A stretch of 29,406 bases of DNA from Candidatus Cloacimonadota bacterium (GCA_003647825.1 QMNP01000001.1:1-29406), one strand, 5' to 3'. Numbered from the stretch's first letter, positions 7,799 to 17,978 are shown. Numbers and translations are program-made. The notes: generated by a model from the sequence alone, not told the origin.

Positions 7799-8095
7799 TT
7801 ATATTCCTATTTTTTCATCATCCTCATCAAGATCAATACTATCCAGATCATCATCGTCTTCTTCACCCTGCATCCAATCCGGACAAAAGGCTACATTTTC
7901 TGTCTTATCCCAGCCATCCACATTCTTTAATCCATATCGATCTAAGATCTCTTCTTCCCATAGTGAATAACGAACTTTGTCATCTGCTACTTCATATACC
8001 AGCACCGGTTTATGATACTTCCTGAGATTGAAATCCATCCCGCTTAACTCAAAAAATTCTTTTATTCTATTTTTATCTTTTTCTGCTGTCATCAT
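7799..8095 (-). CDS. Small hypothetical protein with a very acidic C-terminal tail
   Basis: 98-aa ORF filling the gap between neighbours, with RBS AGGAG (plus-strand CTCCT 8103-8107), its own terminator and an upstream TTGACA. No family recognised. Confidence 0.75.
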   Translation of the reverse strand: MMTAEKDKNRIKEFFELSGMDFNLRKYHKPVLVYEVADDKVRYSLWEEEILDRYGLKNVDGWDKTENVAFCPDWMQGEEDDDDLDSIDLDEDDEKIGI

Positions 8096-8153
8096 ATCTT
8101 TGCTCCTAATTTTCTGGATTTTATTGACCTATTCCAGAACTAAAATTTACTCG

Positions 8154-8185
8154 TTCACAAAAGTGTTATGGTTATGAAATGTCAA
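8154..8185 (-). promoter_or_regulatory. Putative promoter of the acidic small protein, overlapping the start of the divergent gene
   Basis: Minus strand TTGACA (8185-8180)-N16-CTTTTGTGAA. Confidence 0.4.
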
Positions 8186-9648
8186 ATAAATTAAGAAATA
8201 ATTTTGTTAAAATCTTCCTGCTGCTGGTTATGCTGAATGTAGCACTGACTCTAAAAGCCTTTGAACCTGAAGCTGATGATTTCGAAAATACCTTTCAATA
8301 TAATCTTTACCAGAGCTGGCTAAAAAAAGGCGATTTTAAAACCAATTTCCCAGCTGGATTTGGCAATAAGAAGATCGTAAAATCTTTTACAGATAAAAAT
8401 GGACGATCAGTGCAGGTAGAATATGACTGGATCAATCGCAAGATTACCGATCAGCGGGAAAGTTTACCTGTCATTTTCTTTGTAGAAGATTTTTCTAAGA
8501 TCAAACCCTTCCTGAATTTTCTGGAAGGTTTTATCTATCGGTTGAATACAGTGGACTACAATTTCCTGCAGGAATACTGCGATCTGGAAAAAATACAAAT
8601 TGAATTTAATGGATACACCGGAGCTGAAGCATTAAATCTACTCTGGGAAAGCAGTCGTACAAAACGTACTGAGATAAAACCGCTTGAATTGGAAGTGAAA
8701 GATAATATCCTTACATTTTATTTACCAATAAAATCAGGGAAAACTATTAAATTTGAATTTCCAGTAGAATATGATATAGCAAAAGCCTTGCAATCCATCC
8801 GCAGAAAAGAAGAGGAAAAATCAATTCCAATTATTGAAGATAAGAGAGATGATATTGTAGAAAAAAAAATAATTCCAGACTATCAAATACCTGTTCGCAA
8901 AAGAACTCCAGAACCGGATATTGAATTGCTGCCAGAGATTAGTTCATTAACTCTATCTGATTACGTGAAGTCATATTATGCATTACGACAGTCTAAGGAA
9001 CTGCTGCACAATAAAATATCTGATCCGGTTGATTTTTTACTTGCTGAATTTCCACAGCGAGAGATTCGAGAAGAAGGTGATATTATATCAATATTGGCTC
9101 CAAAATATCTAGATGACTTTAGCTGTGAAATCAATGTTAATCTGGTGCAGGATAATGACGGAATTAATTTTACTCCTGCATTAAATTATGAACTTAATGA
9201 TAAGACAGTTAAGATTGGGAATAATGAAGAAATAGTTATGAATGCGCTAAATTATGATGAAATAGAAGCAATTGCTCCATTCATCGTTCAACTTGTATAT
9301 GAGCATCGAGCTATTGGAAGTAAATTATTAAATTTTCTTGTGATACATGATGATATTCCCACAACTCTTATTATGCGAAATGGCGAGAGAAAGGTTTTTG
9401 AGCTGAATTCTTATGCAAATCTTCTACTTATGCTTGGAAATTATTGGCAATCTCATAATGTTTATTTTAAAATTCAGGAAGTCACTAAGAAAAATGGTAA
9501 TATAGAGTTGCAAACATATTTGATTGCTTATGATAAAGATGAAACAGCAGCAGATATGGCGGAAATCATGTTTCACCTGGATGAGGAATTTAAGATAGAT
9601 ATGATAATGATGGTACTTCATCAAGGTAACGATAGAATTGATAATTGA
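8179..9648 (+). CDS. Hypothetical exported protein (signal peptide), 489 aa
   Basis: Basic N-terminus, hydrophobic core IFLLLVMLNVALTLKA and a probable SPase I site; no recognisable family motif; 9 nt before tatD. Confidence 0.85.
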   Translation: MSNKLRNNFVKIFLLLVMLNVALTLKAFEPEADDFENTFQYNLYQSWLKKGDFKTNFPAGFGNKKIVKSFTDKNGRSVQVEYDWINRKITDQRESLPVIFFVEDFSKIKPFLNFLEGFIYRLNTVDYNFLQEYCDLEKIQIEFNGYTGAEALNLLWESSRTKRTEIKPLELEVKDNILTFYLPIKSGKTIKFEFPVEYDIAKALQSIRRKEEEKSIPIIEDKRDDIVEKKIIPDYQIPVRKRTPEPDIELLPEISSLTLSDYVKSYYALRQSKELLHNKISDPVDFLLAEFPQREIREEGDIISILAPKYLDDFSCEINVNLVQDNDGINFTPALNYELNDKTVKIGNNEEIVMNALNYDEIEAIAPFIVQLVYEHRAIGSKLLNFLVIHDDIPTTLIMRNGERKVFELNSYANLLLMLGNYWQSHNVYFKIQEVTKKNGNIELQTYLIAYDKDETAADMAEIMFHLDEEFKIDMIMMVLHQGNDRIDN

Positions 9649-9657
9649 AGGTGAAAA

Positions 9658-10404
9658 ATGAAAATATTTGAATCACACGCTCATCTGAATTTTGAGCATT
9701 TCGATAAAGATAGAGAAGAATTACTGCAGAAATGCAAAAAGCTTGGAATTGAGAGGATTATTAATGTTGGTGTTGATAAAAAATCAATTTCTTGCAGTCT
9801 GCAACTGGCAGAAAAATTTGATATGATCTATGCCGCAGTTGGTTTTCACCCGCATGATGCAAAAGAGTATGATCGAGAGTTTTTGCTGACAAGTGCAAAG
9901 AACAAAAATGTGGTTGCAATTGGTGAATGCGGTTTGGATTATTACCGCAATCTTTCTCCACGTGATATTCAACGAAGGGTTTTTTCAGACCAGATAAAAA
10001 TCGCCATTGATCTAAAATTGCCGCTGATTGTTCACGATCGAGATGCACATGACGAATGTTTTGAATTGCTGGAAGAGCAAAATCCTGCTAGCGTAGTTTT
10101 TCATTGTTTTTCAGGTGATGAATTATTTGCCGAAAAAGTTTTGTCAAAGGGTTGGAAAATCTCTTTCACAGGAACTATTACATATAAAAACAACTTGCTG
10201 GAAAATGTGGTAAGAACTGTTCCTGATGATATGTTTTTCATCGAGACAGATTCTCCCTACTTAACGCCGGTTCCTAATAGGGGCAAACGTAATTCACCTT
10301 TAAATCTCAGGTATATAATCGAAAAAATATCTGAAATTAAAAGAATATCACCAAACAAAGTTGCAGAACTTTCCTACAACAATGCAATGGATTTCTTTTT
10401 CTAA
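9658..10404 (+). CDS. tatD: TatD family deoxyribonuclease
   Basis: ESHAHL, GFHPH, AIGECGLDYYR, IVHDR, FHCFSG and ETDSPYL.P.P.RGKRN.P. Confidence 0.95.
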   Translation: MKIFESHAHLNFEHFDKDREELLQKCKKLGIERIINVGVDKKSISCSLQLAEKFDMIYAAVGFHPHDAKEYDREFLLTSAKNKNVVAIGECGLDYYRNLSPRDIQRRVFSDQIKIAIDLKLPLIVHDRDAHDECFELLEEQNPASVVFHCFSGDELFAEKVLSKGWKISFTGTITYKNNLLENVVRTVPDDMFFIETDSPYLTPVPNRGKRNSPLNLRYIIEKISEIKRISPNKVAELSYNNAMDFFF

Positions 10405-10446
10405 CAACTTAGAAGTAAAAGATTTAGAAATTAATAGAAAAAAAAC

Positions 10447-10478
10447 TTGTAAGAATAAATTCACTTCATAATTTTGCA
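10447..10478 (+). promoter_or_regulatory. Putative promoter of ferredoxin
   Basis: TTGTAA-N16-TAATTTTGCA; the latter matches the Bacteroidota -7 consensus TAnnTTTG exactly; 23 nt before the ATG. Confidence 0.6.
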
Positions 10479-10501
10479 CCAAAATAATATTGGAGGACGT
10501 T

Positions 10502-10672
10502 ATGGCTGTTAATATTAATAAAGAAACTTGCATCGGATGCGGAGCCTGCATCGATACATGCCCCGTGGAAGCCCTGAAGATGGTAGATGAAAAAGCTGTA
10601 GTGGATGCAGAAACTTGCGTTGATTGCGGTGCATGTATAGATTCTTGCCCCGTGGAAGCAATAACATTATAA
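10502..10672 (+). CDS. fdx: 2[4Fe-4S] clostridial-type ferredoxin (56 aa)
   Basis: Two CxxCxxCxxxCP motifs (CIGCGACIDTCP, CVDCGACIDSCP); ATG 10502 with GGAGG RBS. Confidence 0.96.
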   Translation: MAVNINKETCIGCGACIDTCPVEALKMVDEKAVVDAETCVDCGACIDSCPVEAITL

Positions 10673-10697
10673 TTATTCACAAAATTAAAATGAATTT

Positions 10698-10730
10698 TGA
10701 GCCTGCTTCACAGCAGGCTCACTGTATTTA
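10698..10730 (+). terminator. Hairpin/terminator after ferredoxin
   Basis: Perfect 10-bp stem TGAGCCTGCT-TCAC-AGCAGGCTCA with a weak T-tract (CTGTATTTA). Confidence 0.7.
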
Positions 10731-10749
10731 GATTAGGTTCAAACTTTTA

Positions 10750-10783
10750 TTGACAAATAGTACATGCTGCTTTTTTTTTCGCA
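10750..10783 (+). promoter_or_regulatory. Putative promoter of the coaX-sprA operon
   Basis: Perfect TTGACA (10750-10755) followed by a T-run ending in CGCA (10780-10783), about 100 nt before coaX. Confidence 0.5.
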
Positions 10784-10887
10784 CCATATTTTCATTGTTA
10801 TCTTTTTTTATATTTATCGTTGTATTGTTTTATTGTAATGTGTTGAATTGTGTCTGAAGAAAAATATCTGGAAAAAGGTAGCAATAA

Positions 10888-11661
10888 ATGAATTTTGTGA
10901 TCGATATAGGTAATAGTAATATTGTATTAGCAATATATAATGAGGATGAACTTCGTTTCCATTGGCGAATAGAAACAGTTAAATTGGAAACAGCAGAATC
11001 GTACTATCACAAGATCAATACCCTGTTTTCCAAAGAGCAGATTGCTTTTAACGCTATCTCGCGAATTGCTCTTTCGTCTGTAGTACCGCAATTAACAGAA
11101 ACTTTTAATAATTTGTTTGCACAATTTTTTGATTGTCCGAAAATAATTGTAACTGCCAGCAGTAAACTTGGATTGACTTATCCTGTTTCCAATCCAGATT
11201 ATATTGGTTCTGACTTGATAGTAAATGCCTATGCCGCCTGGCAGAAATATAATAAAAACTGTATTATCTGCGATCTGGGAACTGCAACCACAATTCAGCT
11301 TGTCGGAAAAAATGGTTTCTATCATGGTTACATCATAGCTCCAGGAGTTAATATTTCGTTACAAGCTCTTTTTTCTTTAACATCTCAGCTGCCAGAAACA
11401 GTATTAACTGAACCGGATAATCTTCTGGGTAATAATACAAAAGATGCTATGATGTCGGGAATAGTTACAGGAAACAGGTTGGCACTTGCTGGATTCATTC
11501 GAGAAATTAAAAAAGAGTATCAACATATAGGGGAGACTTATGTAATTGCAACTGGCGGAATAGCGGAAGTAATTTGTAATAATTCCAATGAAGTTGATGT
11601 AATAGATAATTACCTTTTAATAGATGGACTTAACCTTATTTGCAGGAATATAGATTTTTAA
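10888..11661 (+). CDS. coaX: Type III pantothenate kinase
   Basis: VIDIGNSNIV, LSSVVP, IGSDLIVNA, ICDLGTATT, IAPG, GNNTKDAMMSG and IATGG. Confidence 0.95.
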   Translation: MNFVIDIGNSNIVLAIYNEDELRFHWRIETVKLETAESYYHKINTLFSKEQIAFNAISRIALSSVVPQLTETFNNLFAQFFDCPKIIVTASSKLGLTYPVSNPDYIGSDLIVNAYAAWQKYNKNCIICDLGTATTIQLVGKNGFYHGYIIAPGVNISLQALFSLTSQLPETVLTEPDNLLGNNTKDAMMSGIVTGNRLALAGFIREIKKEYQHIGETYVIATGGIAEVICNNSNEVDVIDNYLLIDGLNLICRNIDF

Positions 11662-14600
11662 ATGATTAAAAAAAGTATAATTTTTCTAATACTATTTTCA
11701 GCTTCATCGGGTTTATTCAGTGAAGTGTTTACACCTAAATATTACCTTCCCGGCTATACCCCATTAAATTTTACAGAGTTAGATTATTATAAATTGGATA
11801 AAGGATTTTCCCTTTCGGAATTTGCCAGGCCCCAATTGGGATCAAATTATACAACTACGACCAAAGAAATAGATTATGAAAAAGGAAATGTAAAACTAAC
11901 CTGTAAACTTGGAAATATTGAATTGACAGAGCCGGTTTACGTGCCTTTAGAAAGCTATTATGAAAATAGTTTTAACGAATTATTTCATAGAACTCTGGAT
12001 GAAAAAGTTAGTGAATTATTGCGAAATGAAGAACGTACAGATGACCTTGGTTTAATTCCAGAAATTGTTATCGAATTACCCAAAGTTGCTCTGCCCAGAG
12101 CTGTTCGAAAATTTATGGGAAATAAAGCCGGACGTTTGAGTTTGGACGGAAGTCAAAGGCTTACCTTTGCCGGTAATAGTACGAAACGAAGTGGTGAAGG
12201 CACTGAAAGCAACGATAATCAGGATTTTGATCTGGATATGACACAAGATCTGAACTTACGCTTAAGGGGGACGATCGGTGAAAAGATCCATGTGAATGTA
12301 AACCATCAATCTACTTCTGATAGTGATGCTCTACCTACTCCAACAGAAGTGAACATAAATTATGAGGGCGATGAAGACGAAATAGTAAAAAGAATTGATG
12401 GCGGGAATATCTCGCTGGCTTTGAGCGGATCACAATTTATAAGTTACAATGTGTCTTCCGAAGGGCTTTTTGGTATAAAAACAGACCTGGAAGCTGGTAA
12501 TTTAAAAGTTACAGCCATCATGGGAAAAGACGAAGCAAAAAAGAATACGCAAAAGTATAGAGGTTCATCCCAGGCAGATTCTACAATTATTGCCAGTAAA
12601 AACTATGTAAAAAGAAGAATGTACTTTATTGAACAACCGGATCTACTATATGAGCTGGTTGAAGATAGTCCAATATTCGGTTATAATAATAACCAGATAG
12701 AAATTGAAGATGGAAAATGGAAAATATCAGCTCAAGGTGCCGGTTTGCTGCCGGATCCGGAAAAACCTTTTGCTCTCTATATCGATGACAATAATGTAAA
12801 TAACAATGGTACTGTTACGGTACCTGGCTACGAAATTGGAGATGAAACTACCCAATATCAATTCAATGTTCTCACAGAAGGTCTTGAATTCACAATAGAT
12901 TACAATAGTGGCTTGATAACTTTTTTCCCTGAGTATATGGATTTCATCTCACAAATAACAAGATTGCATACAATTGGTGTATCTTATACTACCAGAAGTG
13001 GATTGCAAATAGGTGACAGCTCTACAAATCCTGTTTTGGTTAAGATTTTAAAACGATCTAACCAGACTGTAACAGATCCAGAGTGGAAATATGAAGTTCG
13101 CAATATTTATAGTCTGGGAATGCAGGGTATAAAATCAGAAGGTTTTGAACTGAACATTTTTACCAGAGATTCATATAATACACCTAACTTTAATTTACCA
13201 GACAGCCTTTTGCAGCTTGTTCCAGAAGTATTTCAAGATGACGTTAAACTTCTAAACGGTTATCTTCTCTTAGATGTAAATAAAGATGGGCTGATTAATG
13301 GAGACGATTCAACTGTAAATTTAGAAGCCGGATATATTATATTTCCTTTATTGGAACCCTTTTATGCACTGGGTGATTCAGCTGTGTATTTAGAAGATCA
13401 AGAAACTGTACAGAATGTGGGCGAGGAAAAAGAATATAATTACTACTTTTCGGTGAAAGGTGAAATCGGTCGTGATCAGATTTCATTGGGGCAGATGAAT
13501 ATCTTACCGGGAAGTGTAGTAGTTAAGCTGGGATCCAGTAAACGCAAACTTACCGAGAATGTCGATTTTATTGTAGATTACGATTTTGGTATTATTAACT
13601 TCTTAAATTCTGAAGCTAAGAATCCCGATGTGGAAATTGATATCAGTTATCAATTTAAACCATTATTTTCTGTTGATAGCAAAACTATTTTAGGTGTTCG
13701 CGCTGATATGGAATTCAACCAGAATATCAAAGCAGGCGGAACTCTTATCTATCAATCTGAAAAAGTTAAGGAAGACAGACCCAAGATCGGCAACGAAAAC
13801 CGTAATCTTATTCTGGCCGATATTGATGGTGAACTGGATTATGATATTCCTTTTATGACCCGTTTTATCGACTGGTTTCCGCTTATAAAAACTGACGAAG
13901 AATCGACCATGAATCTTTCTGGTGAAGTGGCAATGAGTATCCCTACAATCTATGGTTCTGAAAAACAGCATGATAAGAAAGAAGCATATATCGACGATAT
14001 GGAATCTATCTTGGACACGTATCCGCTGGGTGTTTCGCGGGTAACCTGGGCTCCTGCCAGCAGGCCATTTGGATATCCGGGTGCAAATCCTACCAACCTT
14101 GTTAAAGCAAATCTCAATTATTACAATCCTCAGAATGTATATGCCGAGGATGTATATGATCCGGAAACACTTTCGAATGAAGAAGAACGAGAAAAAGTTC
14201 CGATTCTGGCTTTCAAAATAAAACCGCCACCACTGGGTTTACCCGGAGTTCAAATCAAATACTGGGCTGGCGTAATGAAATATATTGGAAATCAGGTCGA
14301 TTTCTCAAATAAGAAATACATAGAATTCCTGGTAAAAGTTGATAATCTTAATAATAATACTGATTTTAATCCAGTTAATATTCATATAGATCTGGGTGAA
14401 GTGAGTGAAGATTTTTATCGTCCAGGTGAGAGCGATAAACCAGATAAAGAAGACGGTCAGCTGAATGAAGCCGGGAATATGACTAATGTAGATGGTATCC
14501 TGGACGGCGGTGAAGATACTGGTTTAGATAGAATTAAAAACGGAGAGCCGGGTGATGATCCCTTTGATAACTATGACAATAAAAAAGTTGTGATCAATGG

Positions 14601-17600
14601 AGATGATGAATATCCTTATGTAAACGGAACAGAAGGAAATGATAAACTCGATACTGAAGATCTTAACAGCAGCAGCATTTTAAATTTATCTGAAGTTTAT
14701 TTCGAATATTCTGCCTGTATAAATGATGGTGATGAATTTCTGGAAAGTCAGTACAATGGCTGGCGCTTGTACCGTATCCCCCTGCACAATAGAGACAACT
14801 ATACTATAGTTTCAAATGAAGCTAATAGAAATCCCGATCTGGAAAGGGTTAGTTATGCACGGATCTGGTTTGAAACTCAAGATAGTACCAGGATCAAATT
14901 AGTATCACTAGATATTGCTGGAAATAAATGGGAAGAAGGTTTCATTAGAGAAGAAGATGGAAGCATTATAAATGATGAAGAAGAAACAATGCTGGTGGGA
15001 ATTATCGATAATCAAAAAGACCAGCATTATAATCCTGCTCCCCACACTGTTATTAAAAAACAGGGTGAAGATACTCTGGAACAATCTCTTACTATTGATT
15101 ATACGAATCTGGGAGCTAATCATTTCGGATTAGTTACTCAGTCTTTCCGTGAATATTTAAATCTTACAACATATGAACGTTTACGTCTTTGGGTATATGG
15201 TGAATCTGCCCAATTAGAGCGTACACGTTCCCAGTCTGATACACTGATAATTCGTATGGGAGCAGATTCCTTGAATTACTACCAGATCAAACATGCTTTT
15301 GAGACTGCTTCATATCAGGCAATAATGGATGAAAATTACTGGGAAGAAATTGAAATTGATTTTTCAGATCTTACAGAGTTAAAGAACATTGATGCTGATG
15401 AGGACGTGAGTTATACAAAAGATGGTTTTGTTTACAGCAAGGTTGGAAATCCAACTTTAACCAATATCCGTTCTATTTCACTTGGTATGAAAGCATCTGA
15501 GACCTTTACCGGTAGAATATATTTTGATGACCTAAGAGTAGCCGATCCCTATGAAGAAATTGGTTTTGCAGCACGTACTACATTTCATACTAAGTTTGCG
15601 GACTTTTCTGATTTAGATGTGAATTTACAGTGGAGAACAGAAAACTTTCAAGCTTCTTCTACGCGAACAAATTCACCAAGTCAAGTCAGGGAAATCAATT
15701 TATCAATAAATAATAAGTACTACCTGCAAAAATTCCTTCCCGCTGAATGGGGATTAAATCTTCCGCTTACTTTAAAAAGAACACAATCTCTTGGTATTCC
15801 ACGCTTTAAAGCCAACACAGATGTATTGCGGGATGATTTGAGCAAAGAAGATAAAGCTCGAGAAAAAAATAAATCTCTAACTAAAAGAGCAGATATATCT
15901 TTTAGCCAGAGTAAAACTCCAAAAAATAAAATTTTAGCTTATACATTAAAAAACACAACAATAAACTCTTACATTGAGCAGAGAAAAACCACTTCTTCAA
16001 CCTTGGCAGATACAACGATCACGTTCAATATCAAACACAATTATCGTCTTTCTGTCTCTAAAGAAAATACTTCTTTAAATCTTTGGAAAAATTACAAATT
16101 TTATTACTTCCCCAACAGTATTGAAAATCAACTTATTTATGATGATAAAATGCCCAGCAAATGGCGCTGGGAAACTTATACAGATTCAATTCCATTTTGG
16201 ACTAAACAGACAAATTCCAAAAGAACCAAATCATTTAACACCCTGTCATCGGTTAATTATGATATGTTTAGTGATATTTCTGCTGCTTATTCACTTTCTA
16301 CCAAGCGAGATCTATTATTAAAAAACTATGTTTATGATGTGAATATTGGGCAGGAAAAAGAAAGAACTCAAACCGCTTCTCTTAATTTTACGCCTAAGTA
16401 TCTGGAGTCTGTTTTTAGTTTTGATGCAAATGCTTCGGCCAACTATGATGAAGATCATATAAAAGTTGGTGTTACAGATACTTTATACTATAAAGGTAGC
16501 GTTACTAGAGACATTGGCGGTACATTTACATTAAAGAATCGTGATATGCTAGAGGATCTTTCTGGATGGATTAATAAAAAGTTCGGCAAAAAAAGTACAG
16601 AAGAAATTATAGATGATGATGAGAAAAGCAAAGGTGAAGAAGAGCTAAACGAAGAAGAAAAGAAAGAAGAAGACTACACAAAAACCGAACTAAGCAAGAT
16701 GGAAGATGCGTTTGGCAAGAAAAACGATAAGGGCTGGAAAGATGATTTAAAAGGCAATGATTCTGGCGGCAAAGAAGAAGAAACAAAACCACTCGAAGGA
16801 AAGCAGGCTGGAAAATATGATCCCAAAGGTGGTGATTATAAAGGTTCTGAAGGTCAAAATCTTAAACCGATAGAATCATCCAATATTTTCGGTTCAATTG
16901 TAGGTTATATTGCTAGAATCGAGAATATTCGCGTAACATATGACAATAACTATAGAACATCTTATGAAGAAAGATTAGATAGACCAAAATTTCTTTATCA
17001 ACTGGGACTACCTCATATTCTGCAGGAAGATGGTGTAGATAAAGAAATAGACATGAAGACAATCACCGATAAAATCTCTACATCTTTCGGCTTTCCAATT
17101 TTTAATAATCTTTCAACTAACTGGGGTTATTCCACAGAACATAAAAGAACATACAGCTTTAATAATAATAGCCAGATCACTACGAATTTCCCCAATATTA
17201 GTATAACCTTATCTGAATTTGAAAAACTGATCCATTTCGAAAACATTCTTACCAGTTCCCGACTAACCAGTAGTTTTGTTCAATCTATATCAGAAACTGG
17301 TGAAATTGGTTTTGGTGATGATCCCGACACAAAACAGGTGAGATTAGGTTTTACCCCGCTGCTTTCATGGTTTGGCAACTGGAAGGGAAATATTACTTCC
17401 AACATTAATCTGAATCATTCAATAACTAAAAATGAACGAAACCTATCAGGTGGGGCCAGCTCTGGAAGCAATTCGACGGTTTCTTCTATAACTGGTTCCT
17501 TTTCCTGGAGCTATGCTGCAGCGAAAGGACTAAAGATTCTTTTCTTTAAAAGAACTAGAATGAAGAATGAATTATCAACCGATTTATCATTTTCAGTTGA

Positions 17601-17811
17601 ACGAACCTATAATATCTCTACCAATTCTACAGGTGATGTAGATGAAGTTGAAAATAAAATACACTATACTGTTACTCCAGTAGTTTCTTATCAGTTTAGT
17701 AAAAATATAAGCGGCGGTCTTACCAGTAATTATGAATATACAGATAACATGAAACAGAGAACTAAGTTGCGTACATTCCGACTGGGAATTTTTGTAGAGA
17801 TACTTTTTTAA
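11662..17811 (+). CDS. sprA: SprA-family giant outer-membrane protein (type IX secretion translocon homologue), 2049 aa
   Basis: Signal peptide; SprA-like segments (GTIGEKIHVNVNH, YEGDEDEIVKRIDGGNISL, GLFGIK, LTENVDFIVDYDFG, DLGEVSED); long C-terminal run of amphipathic strands ending FRLGIFVEILF with a terminal Phe. Confidence 0.85.
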   Translation: MIKKSIIFLILFSASSGLFSEVFTPKYYLPGYTPLNFTELDYYKLDKGFSLSEFARPQLGSNYTTTTKEIDYEKGNVKLTCKLGNIELTEPVYVPLESYYENSFNELFHRTLDEKVSELLRNEERTDDLGLIPEIVIELPKVALPRAVRKFMGNKAGRLSLDGSQRLTFAGNSTKRSGEGTESNDNQDFDLDMTQDLNLRLRGTIGEKIHVNVNHQSTSDSDALPTPTEVNINYEGDEDEIVKRIDGGNISLALSGSQFISYNVSSEGLFGIKTDLEAGNLKVTAIMGKDEAKKNTQKYRGSSQADSTIIASKNYVKRRMYFIEQPDLLYELVEDSPIFGYNNNQIEIEDGKWKISAQGAGLLPDPEKPFALYIDDNNVNNNGTVTVPGYEIGDETTQYQFNVLTEGLEFTIDYNSGLITFFPEYMDFISQITRLHTIGVSYTTRSGLQIGDSSTNPVLVKILKRSNQTVTDPEWKYEVRNIYSLGMQGIKSEGFELNIFTRDSYNTPNFNLPDSLLQLVPEVFQDDVKLLNGYLLLDVNKDGLINGDDSTVNLEAGYIIFPLLEPFYALGDSAVYLEDQETVQNVGEEKEYNYYFSVKGEIGRDQISLGQMNILPGSVVVKLGSSKRKLTENVDFIVDYDFGIINFLNSEAKNPDVEIDISYQFKPLFSVDSKTILGVRADMEFNQNIKAGGTLIYQSEKVKEDRPKIGNENRNLILADIDGELDYDIPFMTRFIDWFPLIKTDEESTMNLSGEVAMSIPTIYGSEKQHDKKEAYIDDMESILDTYPLGVSRVTWAPASRPFGYPGANPTNLVKANLNYYNPQNVYAEDVYDPETLSNEEEREKVPILAFKIKPPPLGLPGVQIKYWAGVMKYIGNQVDFSNKKYIEFLVKVDNLNNNTDFNPVNIHIDLGEVSEDFYRPGESDKPDKEDGQLNEAGNMTNVDGILDGGEDTGLDRIKNGEPGDDPFDNYDNKKVVINGDDEYPYVNGTEGNDKLDTEDLNSSSILNLSEVYFEYSACINDGDEFLESQYNGWRLYRIPLHNRDNYTIVSNEANRNPDLERVSYARIWFETQDSTRIKLVSLDIAGNKWEEGFIREEDGSIINDEEETMLVGIIDNQKDQHYNPAPHTVIKKQGEDTLEQSLTIDYTNLGANHFGLVTQSFREYLNLTTYERLRLWVYGESAQLERTRSQSDTLIIRMGADSLNYYQIKHAFETASYQAIMDENYWEEIEIDFSDLTELKNIDADEDVSYTKDGFVYSKVGNPTLTNIRSISLGMKASETFTGRIYFDDLRVADPYEEIGFAARTTFHTKFADFSDLDVNLQWRTENFQASSTRTNSPSQVREINLSINNKYYLQKFLPAEWGLNLPLTLKRTQSLGIPRFKANTDVLRDDLSKEDKAREKNKSLTKRADISFSQSKTPKNKILAYTLKNTTINSYIEQRKTTSSTLADTTITFNIKHNYRLSVSKENTSLNLWKNYKFYYFPNSIENQLIYDDKMPSKWRWETYTDSIPFWTKQTNSKRTKSFNTLSSVNYDMFSDISAAYSLSTKRDLLLKNYVYDVNIGQEKERTQTASLNFTPKYLESVFSFDANASANYDEDHIKVGVTDTLYYKGSVTRDIGGTFTLKNRDMLEDLSGWINKKFGKKSTEEIIDDDEKSKGEEELNEEEKKEEDYTKTELSKMEDAFGKKNDKGWKDDLKGNDSGGKEEETKPLEGKQAGKYDPKGGDYKGSEGQNLKPIESSNIFGSIVGYIARIENIRVTYDNNYRTSYEERLDRPKFLYQLGLPHILQEDGVDKEIDMKTITDKISTSFGFPIFNNLSTNWGYSTEHKRTYSFNNNSQITTNFPNISITLSEFEKLIHFENILTSSRLTSSFVQSISETGEIGFGDDPDTKQVRLGFTPLLSWFGNWKGNITSNINLNHSITKNERNLSGGASSGSNSTVSSITGSFSWSYAAAKGLKILFFKRTRMKNELSTDLSFSVERTYNISTNSTGDVDEVENKIHYTVTPVVSYQFSKNISGGLTSNYEYTDNMKQRTKLRTFRLGIFVEILF

Positions 17812-17926
17812 TATTTTAAACTTATTGATCTTTTAGTTAATTACGTTCTAAATAAATATAAGTCGTTATTCCTGAATGTGTCATTCCTGATTCACCCACT
17901 AGCCCAAGTTCAAAGCTATCTTTTTC

Positions 17927-17959
17927 TTGACACTGCACAATTTAGAAATATTTTCCGCA
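17927..17959 (+). promoter_or_regulatory. Putative promoter of the MCE/Mla operon
   Basis: TTGACA-N16-TATTTTCCGCA, 19 nt before the mlaD ATG; RBS AAGGAG. Confidence 0.55.
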
Positions 17960-17978
17960 AAGAACGAAGGAGAATTCT

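Noticed and set aside
10348-10680. 110-aa antisense ORF
   Set aside because: It is the typical reverse-frame shadow of the ferredoxin CxxCxxC repeats.
10784-10887. Riboswitch or leader RNA before coaX
   Set aside because: The sequence is very T-rich and low-complexity, with no stable stems or known riboswitch motif recognisable.
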